Assembly: GCA_024277355.1 (NCBI GenBank)
Contig: JAJRVL010000011.1
Span: 1-32,000 of the forward strand
Length of the DNA stretch: 32,000 nucleotides
Source: an archaeon
Lineage (GTDB): Archaea > Iainarchaeota > Iainarchaeia > Iainarchaeales > 1-14-0-10-31-34
Direction: 5' to 3'
Below, in pieces: positions 17,056-25,852 of the stretch (the first letter of the stretch is position 1; each line of letters opens with the position of its first letter). The notes below the pieces were generated by a model. That model worked only from the letters and a program-made list of their open reading frames with translations, had not been told where the DNA came from and made no database searches. A program made the translations under genes and the position numbers.

Positions 17056-18051
17056 ATGATAAATAAATTAGTAAATTTAACTAAACTGCATAGTTCCCCT
17101 GACACTGCTTTTCTAATGGGATTTATTTATGCATTAATCGGAATAATTGTTTCATTCTTTTTATTTCCAAGTTATATTGGAATAGTTTCAGTTTTTTTTA
17201 CTTCAATGGCTTTGATTCCAATAATAAGCAAATTAATGGAAGAATTAGCTTTAAGAGAAGGAAGAGAAAAAAAAATTCACGAAGGCGGAATAACTTTAAC
17301 TGAACTGCAATTAAGATCCAAAAAATTTTCAATTAAAAGTTTATGGACAGATCACAAAAATTTAATTGAAGTTTATTTTTATTCTTTTTTTGGAGTGTTT
17401 CTTTTGTTTTCTTCAATTATTTTTATTTTACCTCAGGAAAACGGAGATTATAACGGAATAATCCAAATTAAAATTGAAAGAAATGGAACAGAACAACTTG
17501 TTTCAGATGAATATATTTTAAGCGAACAATTTCAGGCATATAAAAGAATAACCGGAAACACAGGAGAAGCAATAGGACAGGCAACAGAACAATGTTTTCT
17601 TGGAAGCTGTGATAAATGGGATTTTTTTCTTGGAATAATTAAAAACAATTTATGGGTTTTAATTGTAACTTTTTTAGTTTCATTAATTTATGGTTTTGGA
17701 GCAATGTTTATTATTACATGGAATGCTTCAGTTTGGGGGATGGTTTTTGCTAACCGTTCACTTGAATTAGCACCAATTGCAGGAAAAAATCCAGTAGTAT
17801 TTTTTGGTTTGTTAATGTTAACAGTATTGCCGCATACTGCATTAGAAGCATTAACTTATTTTACTGCAGCAATTTCCGGAGGAGTAGCCTCACAAGGAAT
17901 AACAAAAGAAGACTTTGAATCAGAAAGATTTGAAAGAGTTTTAATGCATTCAATGCTTTTAATGGGAGTTTCATTAATCCTGCTTATTTTAGCTGCATTT
18001 ATGGAAACATATATTATATCAATCATAGATGAAATGATACCAAAATACTAA
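17056..18051 (+). CDS. Polytopic membrane protein, SpoIIM/DUF95-like
   Basis: The C-terminal half (IIKNNLWVLIVTFLVSLIYGFGAMFIITWNASVWG...LPHTALEALTYFTAAISGG) resembles the SpoIIM family signature (nN..v....PHg.fE..a...aG). An N-terminal 2-TM extension and a soluble insert are also present. Confidence 0.55.
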   Translation: MINKLVNLTKLHSSPDTAFLMGFIYALIGIIVSFFLFPSYIGIVSVFFTSMALIPIISKLMEELALREGREKKIHEGGITLTELQLRSKKFSIKSLWTDHKNLIEVYFYSFFGVFLLFSSIIFILPQENGDYNGIIQIKIERNGTEQLVSDEYILSEQFQAYKRITGNTGEAIGQATEQCFLGSCDKWDFFLGIIKNNLWVLIVTFLVSLIYGFGAMFIITWNASVWGMVFANRSLELAPIAGKNPVVFFGLLMLTVLPHTALEALTYFTAAISGGVASQGITKEDFESERFERVLMHSMLLMGVSLILLILAAFMETYIISIIDEMIPKY

Positions 18052-18066
18052 AAAAAGAAAAAGAAA

Positions 18067-18088
18067 AGTTTCTGCAAATGCAGAAACT
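18067..18088. terminator. Perfect 10-bp inverted repeat between convergent genes (bidirectional terminator-like hairpin)
   Basis: agtttctgca-aa-tgcagaaact sits in the 43-bp gap between the stop at 18051 (+) and the stop at 18095 (-), flanked by A/T runs. Confidence 0.5.
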
Positions 18089-18094
18089 ATTTAT

Positions 18095-18871
18095 TTAAAT
18101 TCCTGGGCACAAAACCCATTGCCCTGTTTCCTTGTCATAATAAGGACAATCACTTGAATCAGAACTATTGTCATCTGTTACTGTAACTGTAGTGTAAGCA
18201 AAAGCTATTCCATTTTGCGCTGATACTTTTAATGAAACATTAAAAGTTCCCTTTGAATTAAAGGTAAATACTGGATTTTGTAGTGTTGAATTCATATCTA
18301 AATTATTTAAGTCAATATTCCAAAAGAAATTTGCTGTTCCTAAAGGATATAATGCAGTTCCATTCAACATTATGCTTTGTCCTGTTAATGCAAAATAAGG
18401 TCCATTTGCTTCTGCTCCAAATTTTGGGTAAGCTGAAACAGTATCAGACCATTGACTGCAGGAACCTAAAATACATGCTCTTACTTTATAGTAATGCAAT
18501 AATGCTGTTATTGGAGGGGTTGGGGTTGTATGAACTAAATAAGTAATATTTGAATTTAATGTTCCATTGTAATCACTACTTAAATTGAAATCATCTGTAT
18601 GCCAATTAACTTCAAAGTTAATATTTGAATCTGAAACATTTTCATCTGAATAATTCCAGTCTAAAGTAATCTGCCCTGTGTTTGGTCCAGAAGTAGCAAT
18701 TAAATTTGTTGGAACTTAAGAAACTGCAGTCGAAACTGAAATTGGTTCAGTTACAACTGTTTTCTTTGTTAAAGTTTTAAATGCACCTCCGGTTGAATCA
18801 TTTTGCTGTAAAACACATCCTGATAAAACTATTGCTGCAATTAATAAAACTGCAAAAAATATTTTTTTAAT
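18095..18871 (-). pseudogene. Secreted lipoprotein-like Fn3 + PKD domain protein with an ATT at the start position and an in-frame TAA (18716..18718)
   Basis: AGGTGAT at 18876-18882 is followed 4 nt later by ATT AAA AAA..., encoding (I/M)KKIFFAVLLIAAIVLSGC, a lipobox-like signal. One frame then continues through TAA 18716-18718 into GQITLDWNYSDENVSD...YYKVRACILGSCSQWSDTVSAYP (Fn3-like) and NGPYFALTGQSIMLNGT...FTFNSKGTFNVSLKVSAQNG...TVTVTD (PKD-like). The ORF track calls only 18095..18499, from a TTG. Confidence 0.65.
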
Positions 18872-19063
18872 TTAAATCACCTCACAAATTCAATATAATT
18901 AAAATTAATAATTACAAAGATAAAAAAAAAGTGATTTTCTTTGTTAATAAAAGTTTTCTTTTAGTTTAATGAAATTTCTTTAAAAAAGTGCTTTTCCCTT
19001 AACTTTTTAAATAGTTAGTAAGCCATTAAATATAGGCACACTGACTAATTTTATGGTGATTTA

Positions 19064-19690
19064 TTGGAAGCAAATAAACAACTTAAAACAGGAACAACAA
19101 CAGTTGGATTAATAACAAAAGAATCAGTTATATTAGCAGCTGATATGAGAGCATCAATGGGCCACATAGCTTATGATGAAGAAGTAAACAAAATACATAG
19201 AATAACAGATAATGTTTCAGTAACTATTGCAGGTTCGGTTGGAGATGCATTAGCTTTAATTAGATATTTAAGAAGTCATTCAAGATTATTTGAAATTGAA
19301 AGAGAAACAAAAATAACTCCAAAAGCAATTGCAACTTATGTTTCAAACATATTAAACTCAAACAGATTTTATCCTTTCTTTGTTCAGTTTATTATTGGCG
19401 GAGTAAATACTAAACCAGAAATATTTGATGTAGACCCTTCAGGCGGATTACTTGAAAGAAACAAGTTTGCAGTAACCGGTTCTGGAACAGAATTAGCAAT
19501 GTCAGTTTTAGACCAAAGTTATATTGAAGGATTAAACACAGAAGAAGGAATAAAATTAGCAATTAAAGCAGTTAAAGCATCAAAGAAAAGAGACATTTAT
19601 TCAGGCGGAGTATCAGTAAAAGTAACAGTAATAGACAAAAATGGAACAAGAGAATTAAACGAAACAGAAATACAAAAATACGGCAACTAA
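19064..19690 (+). CDS. psmB: Proteasome beta subunit (Ntn hydrolase)
   Basis: The propeptide MEANKQLKTG precedes the active-site TTTVGLITKESVILAADMRAS, and GSGTELAMSVLD is also present. It starts at TTG 19064 with GGTGAT at 19055-19060. Confidence 0.93.
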   Translation: MEANKQLKTGTTTVGLITKESVILAADMRASMGHIAYDEEVNKIHRITDNVSVTIAGSVGDALALIRYLRSHSRLFEIERETKITPKAIATYVSNILNSNRFYPFFVQFIIGGVNTKPEIFDVDPSGGLLERNKFAVTGSGTELAMSVLDQSYIEGLNTEEGIKLAIKAVKASKKRDIYSGGVSVKVTVIDKNGTRELNETEIQKYGN

Positions 19691-19769
19691 AAAAAACAAT
19701 TTAATAAAAAATTTCCAATTTTTTTAATTAACACAGTCATACATTAAACAAAAAAAAGAGAGTGACTTA

Positions 19770-21656
19770 ATGGACATACAAAAAGAAGTAAAAGAAATAG
19801 TCAAAAAAAATCTTCCACCAGAAACACAAATAACTAATGTTGAAATGGAAGGACCAGAAGTAGCAATTTATACAAGAAATCCAAAAGCTTTTTTTGAAAA
19901 CGAAAACTTTGTTGCAAAAATTGCATTTGAATTAAAAAAAAGAGTAAACATCAGAACAGACAAAAGTTTACTTTCAGACGAACATTATGCAAAAAATTTA
20001 ATTAAAGAATTAGTTCCAGAAACAGCAGGAATAAAAGAAATTTATTTTAATCCATCTTTCAGCGAAGTAGTAATTGAAGCAATAAAACCTGGATTAGTTA
20101 TAGGAAAAGGCGGAGAAACCTCAAAAGAAATTATATTAAAGACCGGCTGGACTCCAAATATTTTAAGAAGCCCTACTTCTGAATCAGAAATACTAAAAGG
20201 AATAAGGCACCATTTACATAAATACAGTTCAGAAAGAAAAAAAATTTTACAGGAAACCTCTAAAAAAATTTACAGAGAACTTCCAAAAAATAACGGGTGG
20301 GTTAGATTAACTGCTTTAGGCGGCTTTAGAGAAGTAGGAAAAAGTTGTATGTTAATTGACACTCCTGAAACAAAAGTTTTATGCGATGTAGGAGTAGATG
20401 TAGCAAATCAAGATCAACCTTACCCTTATCTTGAAGCATTAAGACTTCCACTTGACAGATTAGATGCAGTAGTAGTAAGCCACGCACACTTAGATCATGC
20501 TGGATTAGTTCCATTATTATTTAAAATGGGTTATAGAGGGCCAGTTTATTGCACGGTTCCTACAAGAGACTTAATGGCTTTACTGCAGTTTGATTACATT
20601 GATGTTTTAGTTAAAGAAGGAAAAGAACCTCCTTATACTGAAAGAGATGTAAAAGAAATGCTAAAATACTGCATTACAAGAGAATATAGGGAAGTAACAG
20701 ACATTGCACCAGATATGAGAATAACATTACATAATGCAGCTCATATTTTGGGGAGTAGTTCAGTTCATTTCCATATAGGACAAGGAGCACATAATTTAGT
20801 TTATTCAGCTGACATAAAATTTGCTTTTACAAGATTATTCAATAATGTTGATATTAATTATCCAAGATTAGAAACATTAATTATTGAATCAACTTACGGC
20901 GGAAAAGATGCAGTACAACAGGATAGAAATTTAGCTGAAGAACAATTAATCAGAATCCTGAAAGAAACAATGCATAAAGAAGGAAACACTTTGATTCCTG
21001 TTTTTTCTGTTGGAAGAGCACAAGAAATAATGTTAGTAATAGAAGAATATTATAGAAAAGGAATGTTAGACGGCAAAGTTTATATTGATGGAATGACAAG
21101 AGAAGCAAGTGCAATTCATACAGCTTATCCTGAATATTTAAGAAAAGGAGTTCAACGAAGAGTTTTACAAAATGATTCTCCTTTTACTTCAGATTTATTT
21201 CAGATTGCAGACTACAAAAACAGAGATAAAATTTTAGAAGAAAAAGACGCAATAATTATTGCTTCATCAGGAATGCTGACAGGCGGTCCTTCAGTTCAAT
21301 ATTTCCAAAAAATGGCTGAAAACCCAAACAACAGTTTAATTTTTGTTGGATACCAAGGAGAAGGTTCATTAGGAAACAGACTGCAAAAAGGTTTAAGAAA
21401 AACTCCAATAACAGACAACGGAAAAACAAGAGAATTACCAATAAACATGAGAGTGGAAACAGTAGAAGGCTTTTCAGGACACTCAGACCGAAACCAGTTA
21501 GTTAATTATTTAAGAAGCTTAAATCCAAAACCAAAAAGAATCATAGTAAACCACGGAGAAAAAAACACTGCAATAGAATTTGCAAGATATGTTTCAAATA
21601 AATTCAGAATTAATGCAACAGCATTAAGAGATTTAGATGCAGTAAGATTGAAGTAA
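19770..21656 (+). CDS. fttA: aCPSF1/FttA: KH-domain beta-CASP metallo-beta-lactamase ribonuclease (archaeal transcription termination factor)
   Basis: The N-terminal KH-like region (IGKGGETSKEI), the MBL motif VVVSHAHLDHAG, beta-CASP motifs and the C-terminal GFSGHSD and VNHGE are present. The 628-aa length is typical of aCPSF1. Confidence 0.93.
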   Translation: MDIQKEVKEIVKKNLPPETQITNVEMEGPEVAIYTRNPKAFFENENFVAKIAFELKKRVNIRTDKSLLSDEHYAKNLIKELVPETAGIKEIYFNPSFSEVVIEAIKPGLVIGKGGETSKEIILKTGWTPNILRSPTSESEILKGIRHHLHKYSSERKKILQETSKKIYRELPKNNGWVRLTALGGFREVGKSCMLIDTPETKVLCDVGVDVANQDQPYPYLEALRLPLDRLDAVVVSHAHLDHAGLVPLLFKMGYRGPVYCTVPTRDLMALLQFDYIDVLVKEGKEPPYTERDVKEMLKYCITREYREVTDIAPDMRITLHNAAHILGSSSVHFHIGQGAHNLVYSADIKFAFTRLFNNVDINYPRLETLIIESTYGGKDAVQQDRNLAEEQLIRILKETMHKEGNTLIPVFSVGRAQEIMLVIEEYYRKGMLDGKVYIDGMTREASAIHTAYPEYLRKGVQRRVLQNDSPFTSDLFQIADYKNRDKILEEKDAIIIASSGMLTGGPSVQYFQKMAENPNNSLIFVGYQGEGSLGNRLQKGLRKTPITDNGKTRELPINMRVETVEGFSGHSDRNQLVNYLRSLNPKPKRIIVNHGEKNTAIEFARYVSNKFRINATALRDLDAVRLK

Positions 21657-21671
21657 ACATAACTCCTAAAG

Positions 21672-21690
21672 TTTCTTTTTTTATTTTTTT
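21672..21690 (+). terminator. Oligo-T tract downstream of aCPSF1 (archaeal-type intrinsic terminator candidate)
   Basis: tttcttttttttattttttt begins 16 nt after the stop codon. Archaeal RNAP terminates at oligo-T runs. Specificity is weak in a genome this AT-rich. Confidence 0.3.
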
Positions 21691-21943
21691 AATACACCTT
21701 ATTCTAAAAAGTATTTTTACATAATTTTATTGTTGTTTTTATGAAAAATTTCCTTGTTTTTTTTAAGAAAAACAAACCACTGCTTTCTCAACCGAAACAA
21801 ATAAAAACAAAAAACATATTACTAATTCTGGATTGAAATGACAAAAGAAAAAATTTTAGAATTATGCAGTAAACTGGAAAAAGGCTGCAAAAAAAAAAGA
21901 CAATGATTTTGCTTTAAGCAAAAAAGCATGTGCTGAATTTAAA

Positions 21944-23584
21944 CTAATTTATTTCATAAATTCTTGTTTCTTTATTCTCAAAAATTTTATCAAAAGAATT
22001 ACTATCATTAAATTTTCTTAAATGCGTTGCAGGTTTCATTAATTCATTTGCAGGCTGAACCATTAAAGAATCCATGTCTTTAGTTAAAAGCAAATGCGTT
22101 GCTTCATACTGATTTAATCTTAATACAGCCTGAAAAATATTTGAATCAAAATAAATAGGAATAATTTCATTTTCCATATAATCACCAAACTCTAATTTAG
22201 CATTAACAACACTTAATCCTGTTTTTAATCCAACTGCTTTAGCCATTTTAACATCGCTGTAAATTCTTGATTTTTCATTTAAGTTTTCTTTAATCCATTG
22301 AATTGAATTCAAATGCTTTTCATTAAACTGTTCATATTTATATTGAGGAGTTTGAGTAAAAAATACAAAAGGAATTAATAAAACAAAAACAAAAAATACA
22401 GCTAAAAAAGAATGCTTTAGAAAACTTGTTTTCATTTCATTTAATCCAATAAGGCAAAGTATTGACAAAAAAAAGAAAATCATTGATGCTCCTCTGTTAG
22501 AAATAAAAGCAAAAGAAAAAAGCATGAAAAGCCCTATAATAGAATAAAGTATAGCTTGAGAAAAAATAAAAGATTTAATTAAATTGTTTTTTAAAATAAA
22601 AGATTTTATTTTATTGAAATTAAAGATTAATAAGCTTAAAACAACAAAAAAAGGAATAAAATACCTTAAAATACTGTAAGAGAAATCTTTTTCTAAATAA
22701 TATTCAGAAAAAGGCAGATTAGGAAACAAAAAAGAAGGCAAAAAATTCATTTCAGAGAAATTATATATTAAAGCACCAATATTCCATGAAATCTGATTTA
22801 AAATATTAACAAAAGAAAAGACAAGAAGCAAAAGAAAAATTAACAAAAAAGAATTCAAATGAATCTGCTTAACTTTAATTTCCTTTTTTTTAAAGAAAAA
22901 ATAAATCAAAAAAAACAGCAGTAAAGGAAGAATACTTAATGCAAAAGCACTTTTATCTGAATAAACTGAAAGAACAGAAAAAAACAGCAGTAAAAACAGG
23001 TTTTTTGATTTAAAAGAAAAACCTTGTTTAAGGAATTTCACTAAAAAATACAATGACATTGCCCCGAAAATTCTAACAAAAAACCAGCCGTGAATTGAAA
23101 TTTTATAGTACAATGGTTCAAAAGGAAATAGTACTACAAGCAAAGACAAAGTTAAAGCAAGAATATCTTTCCTGAATATTTCTCTGAATAAAACAAAAAA
23201 AGCCAAAGCTGCAATAAAAATCAAAAAATAAAAATGATTAAATAAAAAATACAAATCCAAGCCTGATAAAAAATTAAATATTGCCGCTGAAAGAACAGGA
23301 ATAGTAAAAAAAATAAGGTTTTTTTTTGAAAAAAACCTGTCAAAAAAATAGAAGTTAGTTGTATTTTCATTTCTTAAAAAAGACCATCCGGAAAACCTAA
23401 TGGCCTCAAATTTTTCACCTATTGTATCTGCTTTATTTTTTTCTTTAATAAATTCTGCTGCACTAAAATGCCTAAACATATAAGGGTCTCTATAAAGCGA
23501 AGTGGGAGAAGTCAATTCAATAACTAACCCTGAAATAAGACAAAATAAAGCCAGTAGAAAAATAATTTTAGTTTCTTTTTTCAT
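21944..23584 (-). CDS. Polytopic membrane protein with C-terminal soluble domain, GT-C-like glycosyltransferase or polymerase candidate
   Basis: It has about 12 or more hydrophobic helices followed by a soluble tail of about 130 aa. It overlaps the GT1 gene by 17 bp (23568..23584), which implies co-translation. The fold assignment rests on architecture alone. Confidence 0.45.
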   Translation of the reverse strand: MKKETKIIFLLALFCLISGLVIELTSPTSLYRDPYMFRHFSAAEFIKEKNKADTIGEKFEAIRFSGWSFLRNENTTNFYFFDRFFSKKNLIFFTIPVLSAAIFNFLSGLDLYFLFNHFYFLIFIAALAFFVLFREIFRKDILALTLSLLVVLFPFEPLYYKISIHGWFFVRIFGAMSLYFLVKFLKQGFSFKSKNLFLLLFFSVLSVYSDKSAFALSILPLLLFFLIYFFFKKKEIKVKQIHLNSFLLIFLLLLVFSFVNILNQISWNIGALIYNFSEMNFLPSFLFPNLPFSEYYLEKDFSYSILRYFIPFFVVLSLLIFNFNKIKSFILKNNLIKSFIFSQAILYSIIGLFMLFSFAFISNRGASMIFFFLSILCLIGLNEMKTSFLKHSFLAVFFVFVLLIPFVFFTQTPQYKYEQFNEKHLNSIQWIKENLNEKSRIYSDVKMAKAVGLKTGLSVVNAKLEFGDYMENEIIPIYFDSNIFQAVLRLNQYEATHLLLTKDMDSLMVQPANELMKPATHLRKFNDSNSFDKIFENKETRIYEIN

Positions 23585-24713
23585 TTAATGCTTCCTCAAA
23601 TAAATTAATTAGTTTTTTTATTTCTTTTTCTGAAGAAAATTCTTTTGCTTTTTTTAATGAATTTAATCCCATTTCTTTTGCTTTGCTTTTGTTTGTTAAA
23701 ATAAAAGAAATTGCTTTAGTCAATTTTTTCGTGTTTTTTGGTTCCACAAGAAAACCATTAAATTTGTCTTTAATTACTGCAGGAATTCCTCCAACAGTAC
23801 TTCCTATAACTGGCTTGGAAAAAGCCATTACTTCCAATAAAACTAAACCAAATCCTTCTGAATCATTAATTGAAGGAAGAATTAATGTTTCACATTCAGA
23901 ATAAAAAAACAATAATTGTGATTGATAAACAGTTCCTGCAAAAAAAACATTTTTTTCTATTTCAAGATTTTTTGTTAATTTCTTAAAATAATTAATATTG
24001 TTGCCTTCTCCTATAACCACAAGCATTAAATCAGGAAAAGCGTTTTTAAGTTCAGCAACTGACTTAATTAAATAATTTAATCCTTTGTATTTTTGTCCTT
24101 TATTTAACGCTCCTACAAATAAAATAATTCTGTTTTTAGAAAAAATCTGTTTTTTGGTTTTTAAAGTGAATTCATTTAAATCAATAAAAGGATGAATAGC
24201 CATAGTTTTTCCTGAAAAAGATTTAAGCAAAAGAGATTTTTTTGCATAATAATCAGATAAAACAATTATTTTTCTGCTTAACTCAAAAGTTTTTTTTAAA
24301 ATAAAAGAATAATAAAAATTAAGGAAAATTTTTTCAGTGAATTTTTGTTTTACATAATCATTGAAATAAAACAAGAAAAAAGGAATATTTTTTTGTTTTG
24401 CAATTCTTGCAGCAGAATCAGCCATAAAAGGAGTGGATAATGAACCTGCAATTATTTCAGGTTTTTCTTTTTCAATTACTTTCTTTAAAGAAAAATTCCA
24501 GAAATTAAAAGGCGTATTAGAATACTTAAACATGTAATTTTCTGAATAAATTTTTATTCCATTAATATTTCTTGCAGTCTTAGTTGAAGTAAAAACAATT
24601 ATTTCATGATTTTTTTTCTTTAATTCTCTGCATATTCTAAGAATATGGTTTTCTGCCCCTCCAATAAAAGGAAAGAATTCAGGGGAAACAAACAAAATCT
24701 TCATTGACATCAC
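23568..24713 (-). CDS. Glycosyltransferase, GT1 Pfam family (GT-B fold, CAZy GT4-like)
   Basis: The N-terminal MKILFVSPEFFPFIGGAENH and the C-terminal EX7E region PSINDSEGFGLVLLEVMAFSKPVIGSTVGGIPAVI are both present. Confidence 0.88.
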   Translation of the reverse strand: MMSMKILFVSPEFFPFIGGAENHILRICRELKKKNHEIIVFTSTKTARNINGIKIYSENYMFKYSNTPFNFWNFSLKKVIEKEKPEIIAGSLSTPFMADSAARIAKQKNIPFFLFYFNDYVKQKFTEKIFLNFYYSFILKKTFELSRKIIVLSDYYAKKSLLLKSFSGKTMAIHPFIDLNEFTLKTKKQIFSKNRIILFVGALNKGQKYKGLNYLIKSVAELKNAFPDLMLVVIGEGNNINYFKKLTKNLEIEKNVFFAGTVYQSQLLFFYSECETLILPSINDSEGFGLVLLEVMAFSKPVIGSTVGGIPAVIKDKFNGFLVEPKNTKKLTKAISFILTNKSKAKEMGLNSLKKAKEFSSEKEIKKLINLFEEALNEKRN

Positions 24714-24772
24714 TTTTTCAGCATTATGTTATTAATTAAGATTAAAGTAAAATATAATAAAAAAGTGGTTTA

Positions 24773-25054
24773 ATGAATTCAGAGGAAAGACTGTTTATTG
24801 CATTAATTAAAGGCAATGTTACAGCAAAAGATTATGAAAACATTGACTGGAATGAATTTATTAAACTGGCTTATTACCACAGAATAACTGGTTTTATTGC
24901 TAAAAAATTAAATAAAAAACTTATTTCAGAAAAAACAATAAAACAAATAAATAAATTAAATAAAATAATTATTTCAAAAAACCTTATTTTGAACAATGAA
25001 ATGATTTCATTATTTAAAGAATTTAAAAAAAAAGAATTGAATTTATTGCAATAA
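24773..25054 (+). CDS. Uncharacterised nucleotidyltransferase family (NTP_transf_5-like), N-terminal fragment
   Basis: The N-terminal helical region contains LAYYHRITGFIAKKL. It terminates just after an A9 run, and the family's KG.AL...YP..R..DiDlL core continues in the -1 frame. Confidence 0.7.
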   Translation: MNSEERLFIALIKGNVTAKDYENIDWNEFIKLAYYHRITGFIAKKLNKKLISEKTIKQINKLNKIIISKNLILNNEMISLFKEFKKKELNLLQ

Positions 25055-25059
25055 AAGGA

Positions 25060-25818
25060 ATGGCATTAAATAATTTTATTTATCCTGAAAGTTTTTTACG
25101 GGTTTCAAGCGATATTGATTTTCTGATAAAAGAAAAAGAATACTCTGAAATAAAAAAAACTACAGAAAAAAAAGGATTTAAGGAAAGTAACTTCTGGTTA
25201 TGGGAAAAACAGTTGTTTTATCACCATTACCCTATACTTGAAAAAAATGTTAATGGATTAAATTGCATGATTGAACCGCATAAAGAATTAATTTTTCCTG
25301 TTAATCCTTTTGAAATAGATTTAAAAGAAATATGGCGTGACAGAATTGAAATTAATGATATTTTTATTCCTTCAATTGAAGATTCACTTATTTTAACTGC
25401 ATTAAGTTCAGTTTATCAGCATAATTTTTACGGAATGTTTGAAGGGTTGATTGATGCAAAAAATCTTATGAAAAAAAACATTAATTACACAAAACTAAAA
25501 GAAAAAACAGAAAAATATAATGTAATTGAAATAATGATTTATTTTAATGAATTAATAAAAGAAATTTTTGGGAATGGAATTAAAGGAATAAAAGAATTAG
25601 AAGAAAAGGCAGATAAAAAAAAGCTGGATTATTTAAAGGAAAAATCATTAGAAAAAATAATTAAAATTCAGGATAAAAAAGAAATTGATTCTGAAATAAT
25701 CAAAAACAGGTTTTATTGGGCTAAAGGAATAAAACAAAAAACAAAAGTATTAATTTTTGTTTTAAACCATAAACTTTTATCTGCTGTGTGGAAAATAAGA
25801 AAAAGAAAAAAAATTTAA
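25060..25818 (+). CDS. Uncharacterised nucleotidyltransferase family (NTP_transf_5-like), C-terminal fragment
   Basis: The frame is open from 25027 and reads (KKRIEFIAIKG)MALNNFIYPESFLRVSSDIDFLIKEKEY...FYHHYP...IEPHKELIFP, matching the PF14907-type signature as I remember it. Confidence 0.75.
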   Translation: MALNNFIYPESFLRVSSDIDFLIKEKEYSEIKKTTEKKGFKESNFWLWEKQLFYHHYPILEKNVNGLNCMIEPHKELIFPVNPFEIDLKEIWRDRIEINDIFIPSIEDSLILTALSSVYQHNFYGMFEGLIDAKNLMKKNINYTKLKEKTEKYNVIEIMIYFNELIKEIFGNGIKGIKELEEKADKKKLDYLKEKSLEKIIKIQDKKEIDSEIIKNRFYWAKGIKQKTKVLIFVLNHKLLSAVWKIRKRKKI

Positions 25819-25852
25819 TAACTTTGTGTTAAATATAATTAAAGCTGATTTT

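Noticed and set aside
191-18718. TAA reassigned to a sense codon (alternative genetic code) as an explanation for the two in-frame TAAs
   Set aside because: TAA is the terminator of most well-defined genes here (orc1, nac, FKBP, psmB, aCPSF1, hel308, GT1 and others), at positions that match the expected protein lengths. TGA and TAG also act as stops. A global reassignment is therefore not tenable.
21741-21909. Two short + strand ORFs in the 287-bp gap after aCPSF1 (MKNFLVFFKKNKPLLSQPKQIKTKNILLILD and MTKEKILELCSKLEKGCKKKRQ, the latter ending just after an A10 run at 21889-21898)
   Set aside because: They have no SD and no recognisable motif, and shifting frame at the A10 run gives no convincing longer protein. 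This may be a decayed gene remnant or plain spacer. It is left unannotated.
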